Position numbers and translations under genes: made by a program. Source: Veleropilina oligotropha (taxonomy: Eukaryota). Taken from it: DNA of 64,000 nt. Location of the stretch: positions 682,001 through 746,000 of the forward strand of contig JBEUKZ010000010.1 in assembly GCA_048128005.1 (NCBI GenBank), in the 5' to 3' direction. The notes beneath the pieces were generated by a model. The model did not search any database. It had not been told where the DNA came from and saw only the letters and a list, made by a program, of their open reading frames with translations. Shown piece by piece: positions 1-13,357 of the stretch (the first letter of the stretch is position 1; each line of letters starts with the position of its first letter).

Positions 1-1500
1 TCGGTCTATCGTCAGCCCCGTACGTCTTCACGAGAACAGTACAGGCCCTCGGAGCCTTCCTACACTCTCTAGGGCACAGGGTATATATGTACCTCGACGA
101 CTGGCTGATCCTCGGGGCGTCCCGGGATCTGTGCCACCGGTCTACGAGCTTTACCCTGTCATCGACGAAGCGACTGGGATTTCAGTCAACGAGACAAAAT
201 CCTGCTTCGTACCCTCCAAGACGTTTACGTTTATCGGAGTCGACTTCGATACGGTCCGGTACACCGCGAAACCGACCCAGAAACGTATACGGAACCTACG
301 CGCGGTTATTCATCGGAGATAACTACGGCGCGACTACTGGCCACTGTCCTGGGGCACATCGAGTCGGTAGCGACCCTGCTACCGACGGGTCGAATGGACA
401 AACGACCGTTACAACAGGCGTTCAGAGATCGCTGGATACAACGGACGGGGCAGTGGACGGATCGTATCGATCTTCGGCGTTGGTTTACCCGCACGACAGC
501 AGTGGGGTTGAACCCTGCTTTGCCGAGCCAGTCGGTTCCTATATCCCCGCCAGAGCCGAACGCTTACCTGTTCACAGACGCTTCGAACGACGGCTGGGGT
601 GGTCACCTCGACAGTTACGAGACATCGGGCCTATGGCCGACAGACCTTCAGGGACGACACATCAACTTCCTAGAGTTAGAAGCGGTCTACCTGACAGTAC
701 GGTCCCTCTCGTCACATCTCCGACAAGCATATAATGCTCGCCACGGACAATACGACTGTCGTCGCATACATTCAACACCAGGACGGCACTCGCTCGCGTC
801 CCCTTTGCGACCGAGCAATCGACCTACACCGCCTAGTGATGTCCCTCAACTCGACGATACGAGCACGACACATCCCGGGAAAGCTGAATGTCAGAGCGGA
901 CTCGCTCTCTCGGAAATCACAGATTAACACACAGAGTGGACGCTACACAGCCGAGTAGCTCGGGACGTTTGTCGCCGGTGGTCACAACCCCAAGTCGATC
1001 TGTTTGCAACAGAATTTAATTACCGACTACCTCTGTATGTCTCCCCGTACCCGGACCCGGCCGCCCTAGCGGTCGACGCGTTGTCAATGACATGGGAGAA
1101 TCTGTCCGTGTATGCCTTCCCCCCGTCGTACATCCTGACACTCGTACTACAAGAAGGCATCGAACGAACGTTGCGAGATAACGCTAATCGCGTCCCTGTA
1201 TCGCACGCAACCTTGGTTTCCGACCCTCCTCGATCTGATCGTCGATCGACCGTTAGCACTCCCGCAAAGACCGGACCTGTTAATGCAGGCGCGCAGTTGT
1301 GTATTACACCCGTCGCCGACGACTTACGTTTACACGCCTGGCGGTTATCGAACGATCCCTCGCTAAGAAAGGATTTTCTCGCGCTACAGCCCTACGCATC
1401 TACCGATCGAGAAGGCTTTCCACGTCTAAAGTATACGACTACCGATGGGTCAAATACGTGGATTGGTGTCACAGCCGGCAGGTCAATATTCTCCGCCCCC
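1..1500 (+). pseudogene. DIRS copy A pol remnant (RT C-terminus, RNase H, Dam-like methyltransferase), multiple frameshifts
   Basis: ORF fragments 87.. (MYLDDWLI), 394..927 (YLFTDAS, HINFLEL), 734..958 (TDNTT) and 1081.. (YAFPP) lie in different frames. Confidence 0.9.
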
Positions 1501-2342
1501 TGTGAACAAGTTTATCGAGTTTTTATCGTCGCTCTTTGAACGCGGAAGGTCAGTGTCCGCCGTCAAAGGCTATCGGGCAACGGTCACGACCACGTTAAAA
1601 CAGTGCCGTGCCCGGGTTAGCCTATCAAAGCGACCGAACGATTTTGGATTTTATACGATCCCACGAACTAGAAATTCCGACCCGTACGATACGGCCGCCA
1701 GCCTGGAACATCGTTCTCATTCTTAACGCTCTCCTTCTACACCCGTACGAGCCTATGGGCTCGGCCTCGATGCGGAACTTAACGCACAAAACGGTTTTTC
1801 TGATCGCCTTAGCGTCGGGCAGGCGTTGTTCCGAAATTCATAGTCTATCCGCAGAGCTACGAGACGTTCGTTTCCAGTCAGACGCGTCCTATCTTGGGTT
1901 CCTCGCCAAGAATCAACGGCCGAACGAAGACGCCCCCGATATCGTTATCCCCAAGGCTTACGCTGGTCGGAAGACACGATGTGGACCGATTAAACTGTCA
2001 TATGCGTGCCTTACGTTACTACCTCGACAGGACCCGTGATATGCGGCAGGGAAAACTACGTCTATAAATTTATTCGTATTTACCTTCTTATACCCGCGAC
2101 ATTACGAAGACGACTGTTTCGCGGTGGTTTTCACAGGTAGTGAGAGATACTCTCGCTGTGAAAAGTAGGCTGCACTATTTGTATCGGTCCGCGCGCTAAA
2201 CATCTCAGCGTTGCTTCTAGAAATGTCTTTGTTAAGCATTTCCTGCGGGATTATGCCATGGGGCTGATGGGTTGAGCAGTCTACAATGTGTAACTGCTCA
2301 ACGATGTCATGTATTATTAGACAAAGGTCGTCTAATCAGTGA
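1330..2342 (+). pseudogene. DIRS copy A tyrosine recombinase remnant
   Basis: Fragments RLAVIERSL..., ALASGRRCSEIHSL..., GFLAKNQRP match the copy C YR, with indels and deletions; ends at ...TCTAATCAGTGA as in C. Confidence 0.9.
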
Positions 2343-2343
2343 G

Positions 2344-2562
2344 TATCTATATCAAATATACTTACGTCCTTACTAATGCCATAATAAGCCTATTATCGCT
2401 AAATCCGGACAAGGTGGAAATGGTAATTTTCGCACTTTTTAGTAAATTTAACCCAGTTGACCCACTGACCTGCTCGACCTCCTCAAGTTCATGCCTATAA
2501 AGAGCTCGCCAACTCCCGCGAGATCCTCGTGACCAAAAGGTCATGACCTCATCCGAAGTTTT
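2344..2562. repeat. Left inverted terminal repeat of DIRS copy B
   Basis: Reverse complement of the right ITR; the ORF track gives the same peptide at 2362..2604(-) and 9302..9562(+). Confidence 0.95.
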
Positions 2563-3359
2563 CCGCCATCTTGTGACAAGTCGCATTTTTCTTTGCTCCA
2601 TCATCTGATGTGAAATCGATCTTTTTTAGAGCCAGATTTATTAATCATTAAGCTCATAAGATCGAGTGTAGTGTGTTAAACACGTGTAGTGGAAAATTAG
2701 AGAGTTTTCCTCCTGAATAAGCCCTTCTTGGAAGTTTTCCTGTCGAGTACAAACAAAAACGGAAATCAACACCCTCCACTGACGACGCCATCTTGAAATT
2801 CTGAAAGAAAAGTAAAGAGGACGCTCAGAGGGATATTTAAAGAAGGAAGCTCCTTAGCAATTACTAAGGAGTCAGGAGAGAGTTGTATTATTGATATTGC
2901 TTGAATTTGTATAACAATTCATTTATATATGCGATAATTTCCTCAACGACGTGTTTCTTGCTATAAATTTATGTAATCAAATTTATCGTCGTTGAAAAGC
3001 AGATTGTTTAGAATTTAACTAGCAAGTTATTTTGGTAAATCTGCTAAGTCGGGGATAACACGCCGAATTCTAACAAATTGATATCTATACATCCAAGCGG
3101 TTTTTAGGTGTGAAGGGCGGTTTCTTGTAAAAGAAAGACCTCCCGTTTCTCAATTCGTTGGCCGACTTGTGTTAAATAGTAAATTACCAAAGTCGGTGTT
3201 TTGGGCGTATAATCCGCCGGAGGTTTTGAGCGTATTTCAGCCTTTTCCCACCTCTCGGATCAGGTACAATCGAAGTTGTAGTAGTATCTTGGTAAACTAC
3301 CCGTAGAAATACCTTTATCACTTCATACCCCTATCTCCTACCTACCCGTGTACATAGCT

Positions 3360-5570
3360 ATGGTGCATTGCAGTGTTTCCGGGTGCCGACAGAAAATCCG
3401 TGGTTTTGACAGGCACTCCGAATGCACTATTCACCGTGTTTGTTTTAGTGATAAAACGCATCCGTGTGAGCATTGTTATGTATTGACAAATCGGCAGTGG
3501 GAGATTCTTTTCCCAACGGAGAAAACGACCAGGGCATTTTCTCCCGATGGGACAGCCACCGAGAAGCTTCAGAGATTAGAGACAGGCTTTGATTCTATTC
3601 TTTCTCTTTCAGATTCTCTCGGTGTTGGGACAGCGGCTATCGCGGGATCCGCCGTCGGAACCTCTGAGACTTTGGGGAAAGTCCCAGTAACTTCGTCGGG
3701 GTCCAAGGTTCAGGTACAGGCCCGAGTGCAGTCCGACTCCTCTCCTTTGGGCCTAGTAACCGCTGCTCAGAGTGTCTTGCCGACCAGTAAGACACGTCGA
3801 GCGCTGCGGCGAAAAGCTGAACAGGGCAGACAAGGCAGAGCAAGGCAGCGTTAGTCCTTCTGCGAGTTTAGTAGCTTCTGAACAAGAAGCGAAACGACTG
3901 GCAGAAAAAGTCGATATAGTTGCTGGGCACCACGAAAGTGGTCGAAGTTCCAGACGCTCGACGAAACCCATCCTCTCGTCCGACAACGGCGCTAGTTTAA
4001 AGACTAATCCCGCCACCATCGGAGCCCACGAGACCGATGGAAGGCCCATTACCTCCGGCGATTCTTTTCAAGATGTCCTAGGTGGTGTGGTAGGATCGGC
4101 TGCGCTCGGGGCTGAAGTATACGGCGGGTATTCCCACGTGCTTCACTCGAGCAGGGTTACAGACCCGTATGGACTGTGGTCGCAGTGCTACGGGCCGTTC
4201 GCACCAGTTAACGAGCCTTCGGGCCGATTCCCTGGTAGCGGTTTCCCGACAGGTACCCCGAGACCCTGGTTCTCGGCTCCACCTGTCCGTGCAGCCCGTC
4301 CACCATGCGCTACGGTAACCTCGAGCGGACCAATGGCTGTTGGTCCGACGTCCGTCATGCCGCCGGGTTTCTCGTTCGAGAACGTCCAGGCTATGATTGC
4401 GACGGAAGTCGAGTCACGTTGTAGGTCCTGGCAACCGGCTACCCAGCCGCCCCAGGTCCCAGCGTCTCTGACCGTAACGCCGGGCTCGGCTCATGTTTCG
4501 GTGATGGAAGTAGATTCTCGTTCCGACGAGGACACCACTTCTACTCCTCACTCTGACCTCCCTGAATCGGTCGGACCAGACGACTCTTGTAGTCTTTCTG
4601 GCACACATGAAGCCGTCTCCGCCACCCGCCGAAGGTACGACGCTGTCGCGTCGCTTCGCGGGGTGCTTGACTTGCTCGACCCGGCCCTGCCGGTAAGCGT
4701 AGTCAGGCACAGGACAGCGGCACGTCGGTTTGTTGGGACGGAAGCCCCCCTGCTTCCTACCCTCCCCCAGTCTGGGCTGGTCTCGCTCGTCCTCGACTCG
4801 GCGACCAAATCCATTCAGGGTTCCAAATCGGTGGAGACTTCCTCTATAACGGAGTACCCTAGTGGTCTGCGTAAGGGAAGGTACCTCCGGCCCAGTAGGC
4901 GTCCGATTCCGATCGGTTGCTCTGGGACGTGTCTGGCGACTGAGCTAGTTCAGATCGATGCAGCGATGCGTCGGCTGTCGGCCAGTACAGCTCCCTCGGT
5001 AGTCAAAGTCCCATGGGCCGCCATGGAGGGCTTTGAGAGCTCCGCCCGTCGAGCTCTACGGCATGCCTCCATCCAGGATTTCTTCTTGGACGGAGCTATT
5101 ACCGTACTACAAGAGGATGGACCCCGTGCTCGAGAGATCGCACTGTCCTTCCTCGAAGAGGTTGCCGCCTCCACGGAGAACTCCGCGTCGGAGTCAGCCC
5201 GATCCTTAGGTAACGCTGTCCTACTTCGTAGAGACGCGTGCCTAGACGGCACCACGTTAGACGACGCCACCCGGCAGTCGCTACGTTGCGTACCGCTATC
5301 GGCCGCTACTCTCTTCGGGGACAAATTCACCGAGTTTGTCGAGAAGAGAGCGGCCGACCTAAAGGATCGCGCGATCGAGAAGGCAGTCTTGGCTACTCCT
5401 CGGAGTACGCCGGCTGCTGCCTCGCGGAAGCGCTCGGGACCGTCCCGGTCTCATACGCCTTCCAAGCGTGCCAAACCTTCGTATAGTGGGCCTCAGGCCA
5501 AGAAATCTACTACGAAAAAGGCACCTCCGACGAAATCCCGTCAGAGCGGGAGAGGGAAGCCGCGGTCTAG
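3360..5570 (+). pseudogene. Gag-like ORF1 of DIRS copy B (frameshift near 3840; stop codon lost)
   Basis: ATG at 3360 with a Cys/His-rich N-terminus (CSVSGC..H..C..H..C..CEHC). Continues in the 3772 frame and is homologous to copy C Gag (LLRRDACL, TLFGD). Confidence 0.88.
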
Positions 5571-5577
5571 GGTTGGA

Positions 5578-7500
5578 CCGGCATCCAACCCTAGACGCGA
5601 CACCACCACCAGGACGCGCTCGTCTCTTGATAAGAGAAAAACAAGCCGTCCTAGACCAGGCAGTGCGGGACTTACTCTCAAAAAGAGCGATTTATCCCGC
5701 GCCGCCCAGCACACCAGGATATTACAGCCACTTTTTCCTGGTCCCGAAACCCGATGGCCGTTGGCGACCGATCCTCGATCTGTCGTTCCTCAACCAGTAT
5801 CTTCGTACCGAGAAGTTCAAGCAAGAAACACTCTCGAAGATACGAACGGCCATCCGTCCGGGCGACTGGGCAGCGTCTATCGACTTGACCGATGCGTACC
5901 TACACGTTCCGATGCACGTCTCGGCTCACCGGTACCTACGGTTTGTCCACGGGGGAACGATCTACCAATTCAGGTGTCTACCGTTCGGTCTATCGTCAGC
6001 CCCGTACGTCTTCACGCGGGTAGTACAGGCTCTCGGGGCCTTCCTACACTCGCAAGGGCACAGAGTACACATGTACCTCGACGACTGGTTGATTCTCGGG
6101 GCGTCCCGGGATCAGTGCCTCCAGTCTATGAGCGTTACCCTGTCATCGGCGAAGCGCCTAGGATTACAGATCATCAACGAGAAATCCTGCTTCGTGCCCT
6201 CGACGACGTTTACATTTCTAGGAGTCGAATTCGACACGGTCCGGTACACCGCGAAACCGACTCAGAAACGTATAGAGAACCTACGCACGGTTATACTGAA
6301 AACGAAGTCTTCACGGATAACTACAGCGCAACGACTGGCCACTGTCCTAGGGCACATCGAGTCGGTAGCTCCCCTGTTACCGACGGGTCGCATGGACAAG
6401 CGACCGTTGCAGCAGGCCTTCAAGGACCGCTGGGTACAACGCACGGGACAGTGGACGGATCGCATCGATCTACGGCATTGGTTCAATCGCACGACAGCAG
6501 TGTGGCTGAACACTACCCTGCCGAGCCAGTCGGTTCCGATATCCCCCCCAGAACCGAACGCCTACCTCTTCACGGACGCATCAAACGAGGGCTGGGGAGG
6601 TCACCTCGACAGTCACGAGACATCGGGCCTATGGCCGACGGACCTTCAGGGACGACACATCAACTTCCTAGAGTTATAAGCCGTCTACCTGTCAGTATGG
6701 TCCCTCTCGTCACATCTCCGCAACAAGCACATAATGCTAGCAACGGACAACACGACTGTCGTCGCTTACATTCAGCACCAGGGCGCCACCCGCTCCCGTC
6801 CGCTTTGCGACCGAGCGATCGACCTACACCGCCTAGTGATGTCCCTCAACTCGACAATTCGAGCCCGACACATCCCGGGTAAGCTGAATGTCAGAGCGGA
6901 TACGCTCTCTCGGAAAACACAGATCATACACACAGAGTGGACGCTACACGCCCGTGTAGCCCGAGATGTCTGTCGCCTGTGGTCGCAGCCTCAAGTCGAT
7001 CTATTCGCAACCGAATACAATCACCGACTCCCTCTCTATGTGTCTCCTTACCCGGACCCGGCCGCTATAGCGGTCGACGCTCTGTCAATGAGATGGGAGA
7101 ATCTGATCGCCTACGCCTTTCCGCCGTCGTGCATGCTGCCACAAGTACTACGGAAAGCAACCCGCGAAGACTGCGAGTTGACGCTAATAGCACCCCTACA
7201 ACGCACGCAGTCCTGGTTTCCGACACTTCTGGATCTACTCATCGATCAGCCACTCCCGCAGATGACGGACCTGTTATCGCAACCGCGCAGTCGGGTCCTA
7301 CACCCGTCGGCGAACGAGTTTCACTTTCACGCCTGGCGACTATCGAGAGATCGCTCATTAAGAAAGGCTTTCTAGAGCGACAGCCCAGCGCATCTACCGA
7401 TCTAGAAGGCAATCTACAACAAAGGTATACGACTACCGATGGAAGAAATTTGTGGATTGGTGTCGCGGGCGGCAAGTCAATATTTTCCGCCCCCCTGTGA
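5578..7500 (+). pseudogene. Pol (RT, RNase H, Dam-like methyltransferase) of DIRS copy B
   Basis: RT motifs WRPILDL, IDLTDAYLH, LPFGLSSAP, YLDD; RNaseH FTDAS; MT VDLFAT..YAFPP. In-frame TAA at 6677-6679, ~138-nt N-terminal deletion relative to C, and a frameshift near 7370. Confidence 0.92.
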
Positions 7501-8393
7501 CAAAATTTATCGAGTTTTTGTCGTCGTTGCTCGCACGTGGAATGTCTATTTCCGCGGTCAAAGGCTACCGATCATGCGTAGCAACGACGTTACGACAATG
7601 CCGCGAGCACACCCGCTTGTCTACCGACAAAACAATATCGGACTTTATACGCTCCTACCAACTCGAACGACCTATTCAGCAGGTGCGGCCGCCTGCCTGG
7701 AATATTTTGTTGATTCTCAATGCTTTACTTAGATGCCCGTTCGAGCCTATGAGTGAATGTTCCCTCAAAAATCTCACTTATAAGACCGTATTACTTACTG
7801 CTCTCGCCACCGGTAACCGGGCATCGGAGATACACGCATTATCCGGAGAGCTGCGAGATATACACTTCCACACCGATGGGTCGTTGACGCTGCATACAGT
7901 CCTTGGCTTCCTAGCGAAGACACAAAGACCTGAAGATATCTCTCCCGAGGTTTGTATCCGTAACCTCTCCATGTTGGGTAGAGACGATATCGACCGCCTG
8001 AACTGCCCCGTTCGTGCGCTGAGATTCTACCTGGATCGGACCCGTGACCTACGGCACGGCAAAAAGCATTTATTCGTAAGCCACATGCCTCAATTCCACC
8101 GCGACATTCGCAAATCGACTGTATCACGTTGGATAGTGTCTGTTGTAAAAGACATTTACAAGCGGTCAGATGACCCAGAACGAGATCTCGTTTCAATTCA
8201 CGCGCATGAAACACGGGCATTAGCGACCTCCTTGGCCTTCAAATATAATTTAAATATCAATGCAATCTTGAAGGCTGGTTATTGGAAGAGTCCTAATACC
8301 TTTGTTCGTTTTTACCTGCGTGATTACGCAACCACGGCATCTGGCGAACATCGAATTTCCTTTGTGGCGGCAAATCAACAATGTATTAGATGA
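7330..8393 (+). CDS. Tyrosine recombinase domain of DIRS copy B (open 7452-8393; upstream part frameshifted)
   Basis: Catalytic motifs GNRASEI (R), HETR (H-x-x-R), GYW and RFYL (Y). Confidence 0.9.
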
Positions 8394-9206
8394 TCTAGGT
8401 CATCCTTGCAGTGAATGGTATAATGAATAGTACCAGGAAACTGAGGTAATGTAATGTAATTCTATTTGTGTACATTGTAAACACCCTTAGAATTTATTCC
8501 AATGTTATTTCTTTCTTAAACTTATTAAGAAATTGAAATTATCTATTCAAACTGAGTTAATATGAAATTAATGCTCACATTGGATGCAAACATTTATATT
8601 ACGAAATCTTAAAAATGTTTTTTGTAAATAATATTATTTTTAAAAAATGTTCTACTTGCTGTCGCAGAACATTTCAATGTTCTTACATTGAAAAAATTTA
8701 ATATTATTCTCTACTTAAAATTATTTAAGTAACATGTTATCATGTTGACATTTTGCAAGATGGACATGCAAAATTTTTATTATTTCAAGATGAAGTTAAT
8801 GATATTCTTCAATCTATTAATAATTGTCACGGTTTTATAGCACAATAAACCTGCATAGGTTCGGGTGCCTCTAAAAACCACGTCTTGCAGTTTTCTGTCT
8901 GCCGACCTTTGAGTCCGGAATATTCAGATCACTGTTTTTGCCCATGACACGAGTGCCTCAAGGTATACCTTCCGCACGGTGTCCGGAGCTACATGCACTT
9001 TCGTGTTACCTGTCCGACTTACATCCCTGGCGTGTTTTCCCAGATTTCTTGGTCGAAATCTCACCTCGGGGTAAGAGTATATTTGATGCTCAGTAAAATC
9101 CACTCTGAACGGACTCGATCTCAACGCTAAAGCGTCGTTTTCCGGTAACAAGTAAGTTTTAATTTTGGTATATGGAACTTATAACTCCGCCAACCAAAGT
9201 TATTCT

Positions 9207-9296
9207 TGGCATTAGTAAGGACGTAAGTATATTTGATATAGATAGGAGGATTAAGAGTAATCCCCTTGTATCTATAATAATATACTTACGTCCTTA
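9207..9296. other. Internal complementary region (ICR) of copy B
   Basis: TGGCATTAGTAAGGACGTAAGTATATTTGATATAGATA is the reverse complement of the 5' end. It overlaps, by ATA, ATAGGAGGATTAAGAGTAATCCCC..., which is the reverse complement of the 3' end. Confidence 0.95.
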
Positions 9297-9361
9297 CCCA
9301 CTTGGCCCACCCTGCTTCGCACCTCCCCTCTTATATAAGTTCTTTGCCTTGTTGTTTGCTA

Positions 9362-9606
9362 AAAACTTCGGATGAGGTCATGACCTTTTGGTCACGAGGA
9401 TCTCGCGGGAGTTGGCGAGCTCTTTATAGGCATGAACTTGAGGAGGTCGAGCAGGTCAGTGGGTCAACTGGGTTAAATTTACTAAAAAGTGCGAAAATTA
9501 CCATTTCCACCTTGTCCGGATTTAGCGATAATAGGCTTATTATGGCATTAGTAAGGACGTAAGTATATTATTATAGATACAAGGGGATTACTCTTAATCC
9601 TCCTAT
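9362..9606. repeat. Right ITR plus 3' extension of DIRS copy B
   Basis: Reverse complement of the left ITR, then a ~37-nt extension matched only by the ICR. Confidence 0.95.
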
Positions 9607-10398
9607 TGTTTCTTGATTTATCAATTTAATACTTCGTGCTGAAGCAATGTTATTGTTATGCCTAGATGTTCTATGAAATAGACACATTATGAGGCGATTC
9701 AATGTATTTTCATTTCTTAAAAACCTTTTAAGATCTTGATACTTTCATGTCATACCTGAGTATTTGGACACGCCAGTCCACATTGAATTTAATAAACATT
9801 TATATTGCAAAAAATCTTATAGGATTTTGAGGTTCAATATTATTGATGTTCTATGCTGTTATAGAACGTACGATGTTCAAGACATTGAAATTTTTTTAAT
9901 ATTTGCTTCCTTAAAATTTATTTTAAGTAACATGTACTCATGTTAGCTTTTCGCAAGTTGGTCATGCGAATTACTTATTAATATCGATTATTTATTATAA
10001 TCTATTAATTCTTTGCTTAGGATTTGATGTCTTCACAACCTATTAGGTTCTGTGTGACTACAAATCCGACTGCTTCCTCTGGCTACCGGCCTATGGCCCG
10101 GAGTACCAGTTGGCTGCCACTGGTCCATGACACGTAAGGCCTACAAGGATCTTCCTTCCGGCCGTGCCTGGGGCTGATTGCACTTCCATTTCACCTTGTC
10201 CGGCTAACACCACGGCGTATTCTCCCGGTTTCACTAGTCGAGATTCTCGCCTGGTAAGAGTAGAATATAATACTCAGCAGATTCCACTCTGGGCGGACAC
10301 AATCGTCGCTTCATGCTGATTGATATGGTGAAAAGTAAGTCATAATCTTGTTTGGGATTGTTGTAAGGAACTTCTTACCCACCTATCCAAGGTCATTC

Positions 10399-10488
10399 TG
10401 GCAAGAGTAAGGACGTAAGTATGTTTGTAACTACATATGAGGTTTTTAAGTGAACCTAATATTAGTTAAAACATACTTACGTCCTTAC
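10399..10488. other. ICR of copy A
   Basis: Nearly identical to the copy C ICR (24215-24304) and complementary to the A right terminus at 10735-10786. Confidence 0.9.
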
Positions 10489-10900
10489 TACGATTACCCA
10501 CCCTGCGCTTTCGCATTCCTCCCCTCTTACTAAGTTCCTTTGGGGTTCTGAACTTTGAATTGAGGTCTTGTGATCTCGAGCTCGGATATCTCGCGAGACT
10601 TGGCGAGATCTTGCCGGGGGAACTTAGAGAGGGGGAGCAGGGGAGGTAATCGTAGTGTTTTGACTTAAATAAGTGCATAAATGTGACATTATTCACTGTT
10701 TCCGGTTGGCGATAATATGACTATTATGGCAAGAGTAAGGACGTAAGTATGTTTTAACTAATATTAGGTTTACTTAAAAACCTCATTTATATTTACTTCA
10801 ATTTACATACATGTAGTATTAATTTACATGGTCTTAATGCTTTACCTTTCAAATGCTTAGGATTAAGGAACACTTGGTTTATTTTTAGAACCCACTGCTA

Positions 10901-11287
10901 AAGGCCACCGCACACGTCCGATTATTGCCGTTAAGTTTTTATCGGAACCTGCTTGCGGGTGAAAATCAGTGCGTGTGCGGACTCATTTTCCTGCGATTTT
11001 TACCATACGACTTTTCCCGGAAGGTATCAAGCTGGCTAATGATACTTGCGATAAAAATCGGACCGGTGCGTGTGCGGTGTTCTGCGGGAAAAATCCGTGA
11101 CACCGACTACCAAATAATATGGCTATTTTATTAAAAAGGGCCATTTTAACTGCCGTATGATCACTTAATTCCGATTTTAATCGGAAGCCGGCGCACACGT
11201 GCGGTAAATATCAGACGTGTGCAGGATACAGCGATTATTCTCGGCGATAAAAACCCGCGATTAAAATCGGATGTGTGCGGTGGCCTT
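10901..11287. mobile_element. Non-autonomous DNA transposon (MITE)
   Basis: TIRs AAGGCCACCGCACACGTCCGATT / AATCGGATGTGTGCGGTGGCCTT, flanked by TA on both sides; internal repeats of the GTGTGCGG motif. Confidence 0.8.
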
Positions 11288-13357
11288 TACAGACAACCAT
11301 GCATGCCTATATTCATTCAAATGTTGAGATCGACTGCGAGTCAGTTTTAATCTAGATTCCAAAAGAAAACTACGCAACGACGTTACAGAAATAGCCTTTG
11401 ACCATGCTTTGACAATCAATGGCCCGAAAGTCTGAGCATGATGTCATGGGAATAGGTTTCCATGAATAAACGTATTGAAAGCCGATATGATGAATGGTTT
11501 CCATAGAGATCTATATGCAAATACATAATTAAATTGATATTCTGTTATATAATCATTATGGCACATTTTCTTACTTTTTACATTTAGTAATAGCATAAGT
11601 ATTTTTTACGCGAAGAAGAGATTTTAAGTAGATAAAGTTCTAATCATATATACATGTATATTATTGTGTATCCAGACAACATCATATTTAAATAAAATGA
11701 ATAACATCCATCAGAATAATATGGTTTGGCAGACATAATTAAATAGGACGTATTTAGATAACGCGTATGGCGATATTTAGTGATATTTATCCATACAGTA
11801 TTAGGCGCCCCAAGGAATAACTGACATTTTGCAATATTCCGATCTGTTCGGCTTCTTTGTGCACGAGTTTATTAATTCTGTTACGTGGATCGCCTTGGGA
11901 TACCGTCAGCAACTAAACCCTTTCTGAGACAAAACATTGATTATAACATTGTCATAATGTGCATTTATATCATATGTTAATGTAGATAAATACATTTTTA
12001 TGAAATATTTCGTGGCATTATTAGTATGTCCATTTAAGCGGTATAATGATGAAAAATAATTGTATTCCGTATTTCTATCGTTTTCATGTCTGCAAGGTAA
12101 GACGGTTAATTGACTTCAACTCTACCGGAATGAATGGCTTGCTTTCAGGTTGCAAGACTGGTTTGGCCACAGACAAATCACGTTGAACAATCAGTTCTCA
12201 TGCAACTATCACCAATGGTGAGCAACATTAAATCTGATCAGTGTTTGAATGGGAAACATGCTGAATAATTGCACGTGTAAAACGATCATGAGTAGATATA
12301 TATATATATAGAGAGAGACATTAACCGAGGTTCGACTGCAATATGACCGACTATGCTCAAGAAATGTCACGAATTGTTTAATATATTGTTCTGTATGATA
12401 CATAGTTGCCAATTAAGAAACTAAATTATCAAAACTGGTTAATTTAATATATTAATTCTGATCATTTGTTATATTCCTTCATGGCGCAGTGTAACATGCG
12501 TAAAAGACAGGTGGGTGTCTAAGTGTATTCTGACCTTTTCTCCTGCGATAATGCAGACATGTCCCAATAAGATTACGTTGGTGCTTATTATATGTTAAAA
12601 TGTGATAAAAATATTTGAAAATTAATCAAATGAAATCTTGTTATGTTTGAATTGAGAAAATTGTATTTCGTAGATGGGTGTAGAACAAATATTTAATAGT
12701 ACCTTACACCTTGGCTTACAAATTTACCTACCTACACTAAAAGATAGTACATCCTTCACACAAGTGTATCTATATGCATTTGGGATAGTGGTGTAGTTGA
12801 TAATCTTGAGAGTGCCCCCCCCCCCTCCCCTCATTCACTCACCTACTGATTCAATCCTTGTATAGTTATTCATAACTATCCGTTGAAGGTGGATTTTCCT
12901 GGGAGACTTGGCTTTCTTAATATGGATAATATTGTCAGGTCCTGGTGTGATCATCAAGTAGCTCTTCTCTGTGCATGTGTATGTACTTTTGTGCGAGTTT
13001 TTTCAAGACCCCTGGACCGATTTTAACCAAACTTGCTATGGTGACATTGGATGCATTGGCAGATATCCTATTATCTTGCTTTCACCATGAGCCCTCTCTT
13101 CTGATTGGCTGATGTCGGTTTATAAACTGACAATAAACCCCACCCTGATGTGGTATACAAAAGCTTCTACCACGGCTGACGTCATATTCTTTGTGACGTC
13201 GCCTGTCAATCAAAATGTTCCCATGTGAAAACATTGAGTAGGCATTATTGAAGTCATCGGCTGCCATTTTCAGTGCCAATACATCACGGTTATGATAATA
13301 AATAACAGCAATGTTATGAGCCAAGGTAGCAGTTTGTTCTTTCAGGTTTGGATAATA

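Larger units (their letters stand above)
2344..9606 (+). mobile_element. DIRS1-like retrotransposon copy B (full length, defective), nested in copy A
   Basis: Left ITR ~2355-2562 is the reverse complement of ~9362-9569. ICR ~9207-9296 is complementary to both termini. TAT occurs at both ends. Gag, pol and YR frames are present. Confidence 0.95.
1..10786 (+). mobile_element. DIRS1-like retrotransposon copy A (5' part outside window, degenerate), split by nested copy B at 2344-9606
   Basis: Frameshifted RT (YLDD), RNaseH (FTDAS), MT and YR fragments at 1-2342 that closely match copy C. The 3' region resumes at 9607 and matches C 23427 onward. ICR ~10399-10488; right terminus ...AAAAACCTCAT at 10786. 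Confidence 0.93.

Noticed and set aside
4414..5330. Antisense ORFs within gag (also 19667-20366)
   Set aside because: Expected shadow ORFs of GC-rich coding DNA; no recognisable domains.
3772..6882. 1036-aa ORF as a novel protein
   Set aside because: Product of a deletion fusing Gag to the overlapping ORF3 frame in a defective copy.
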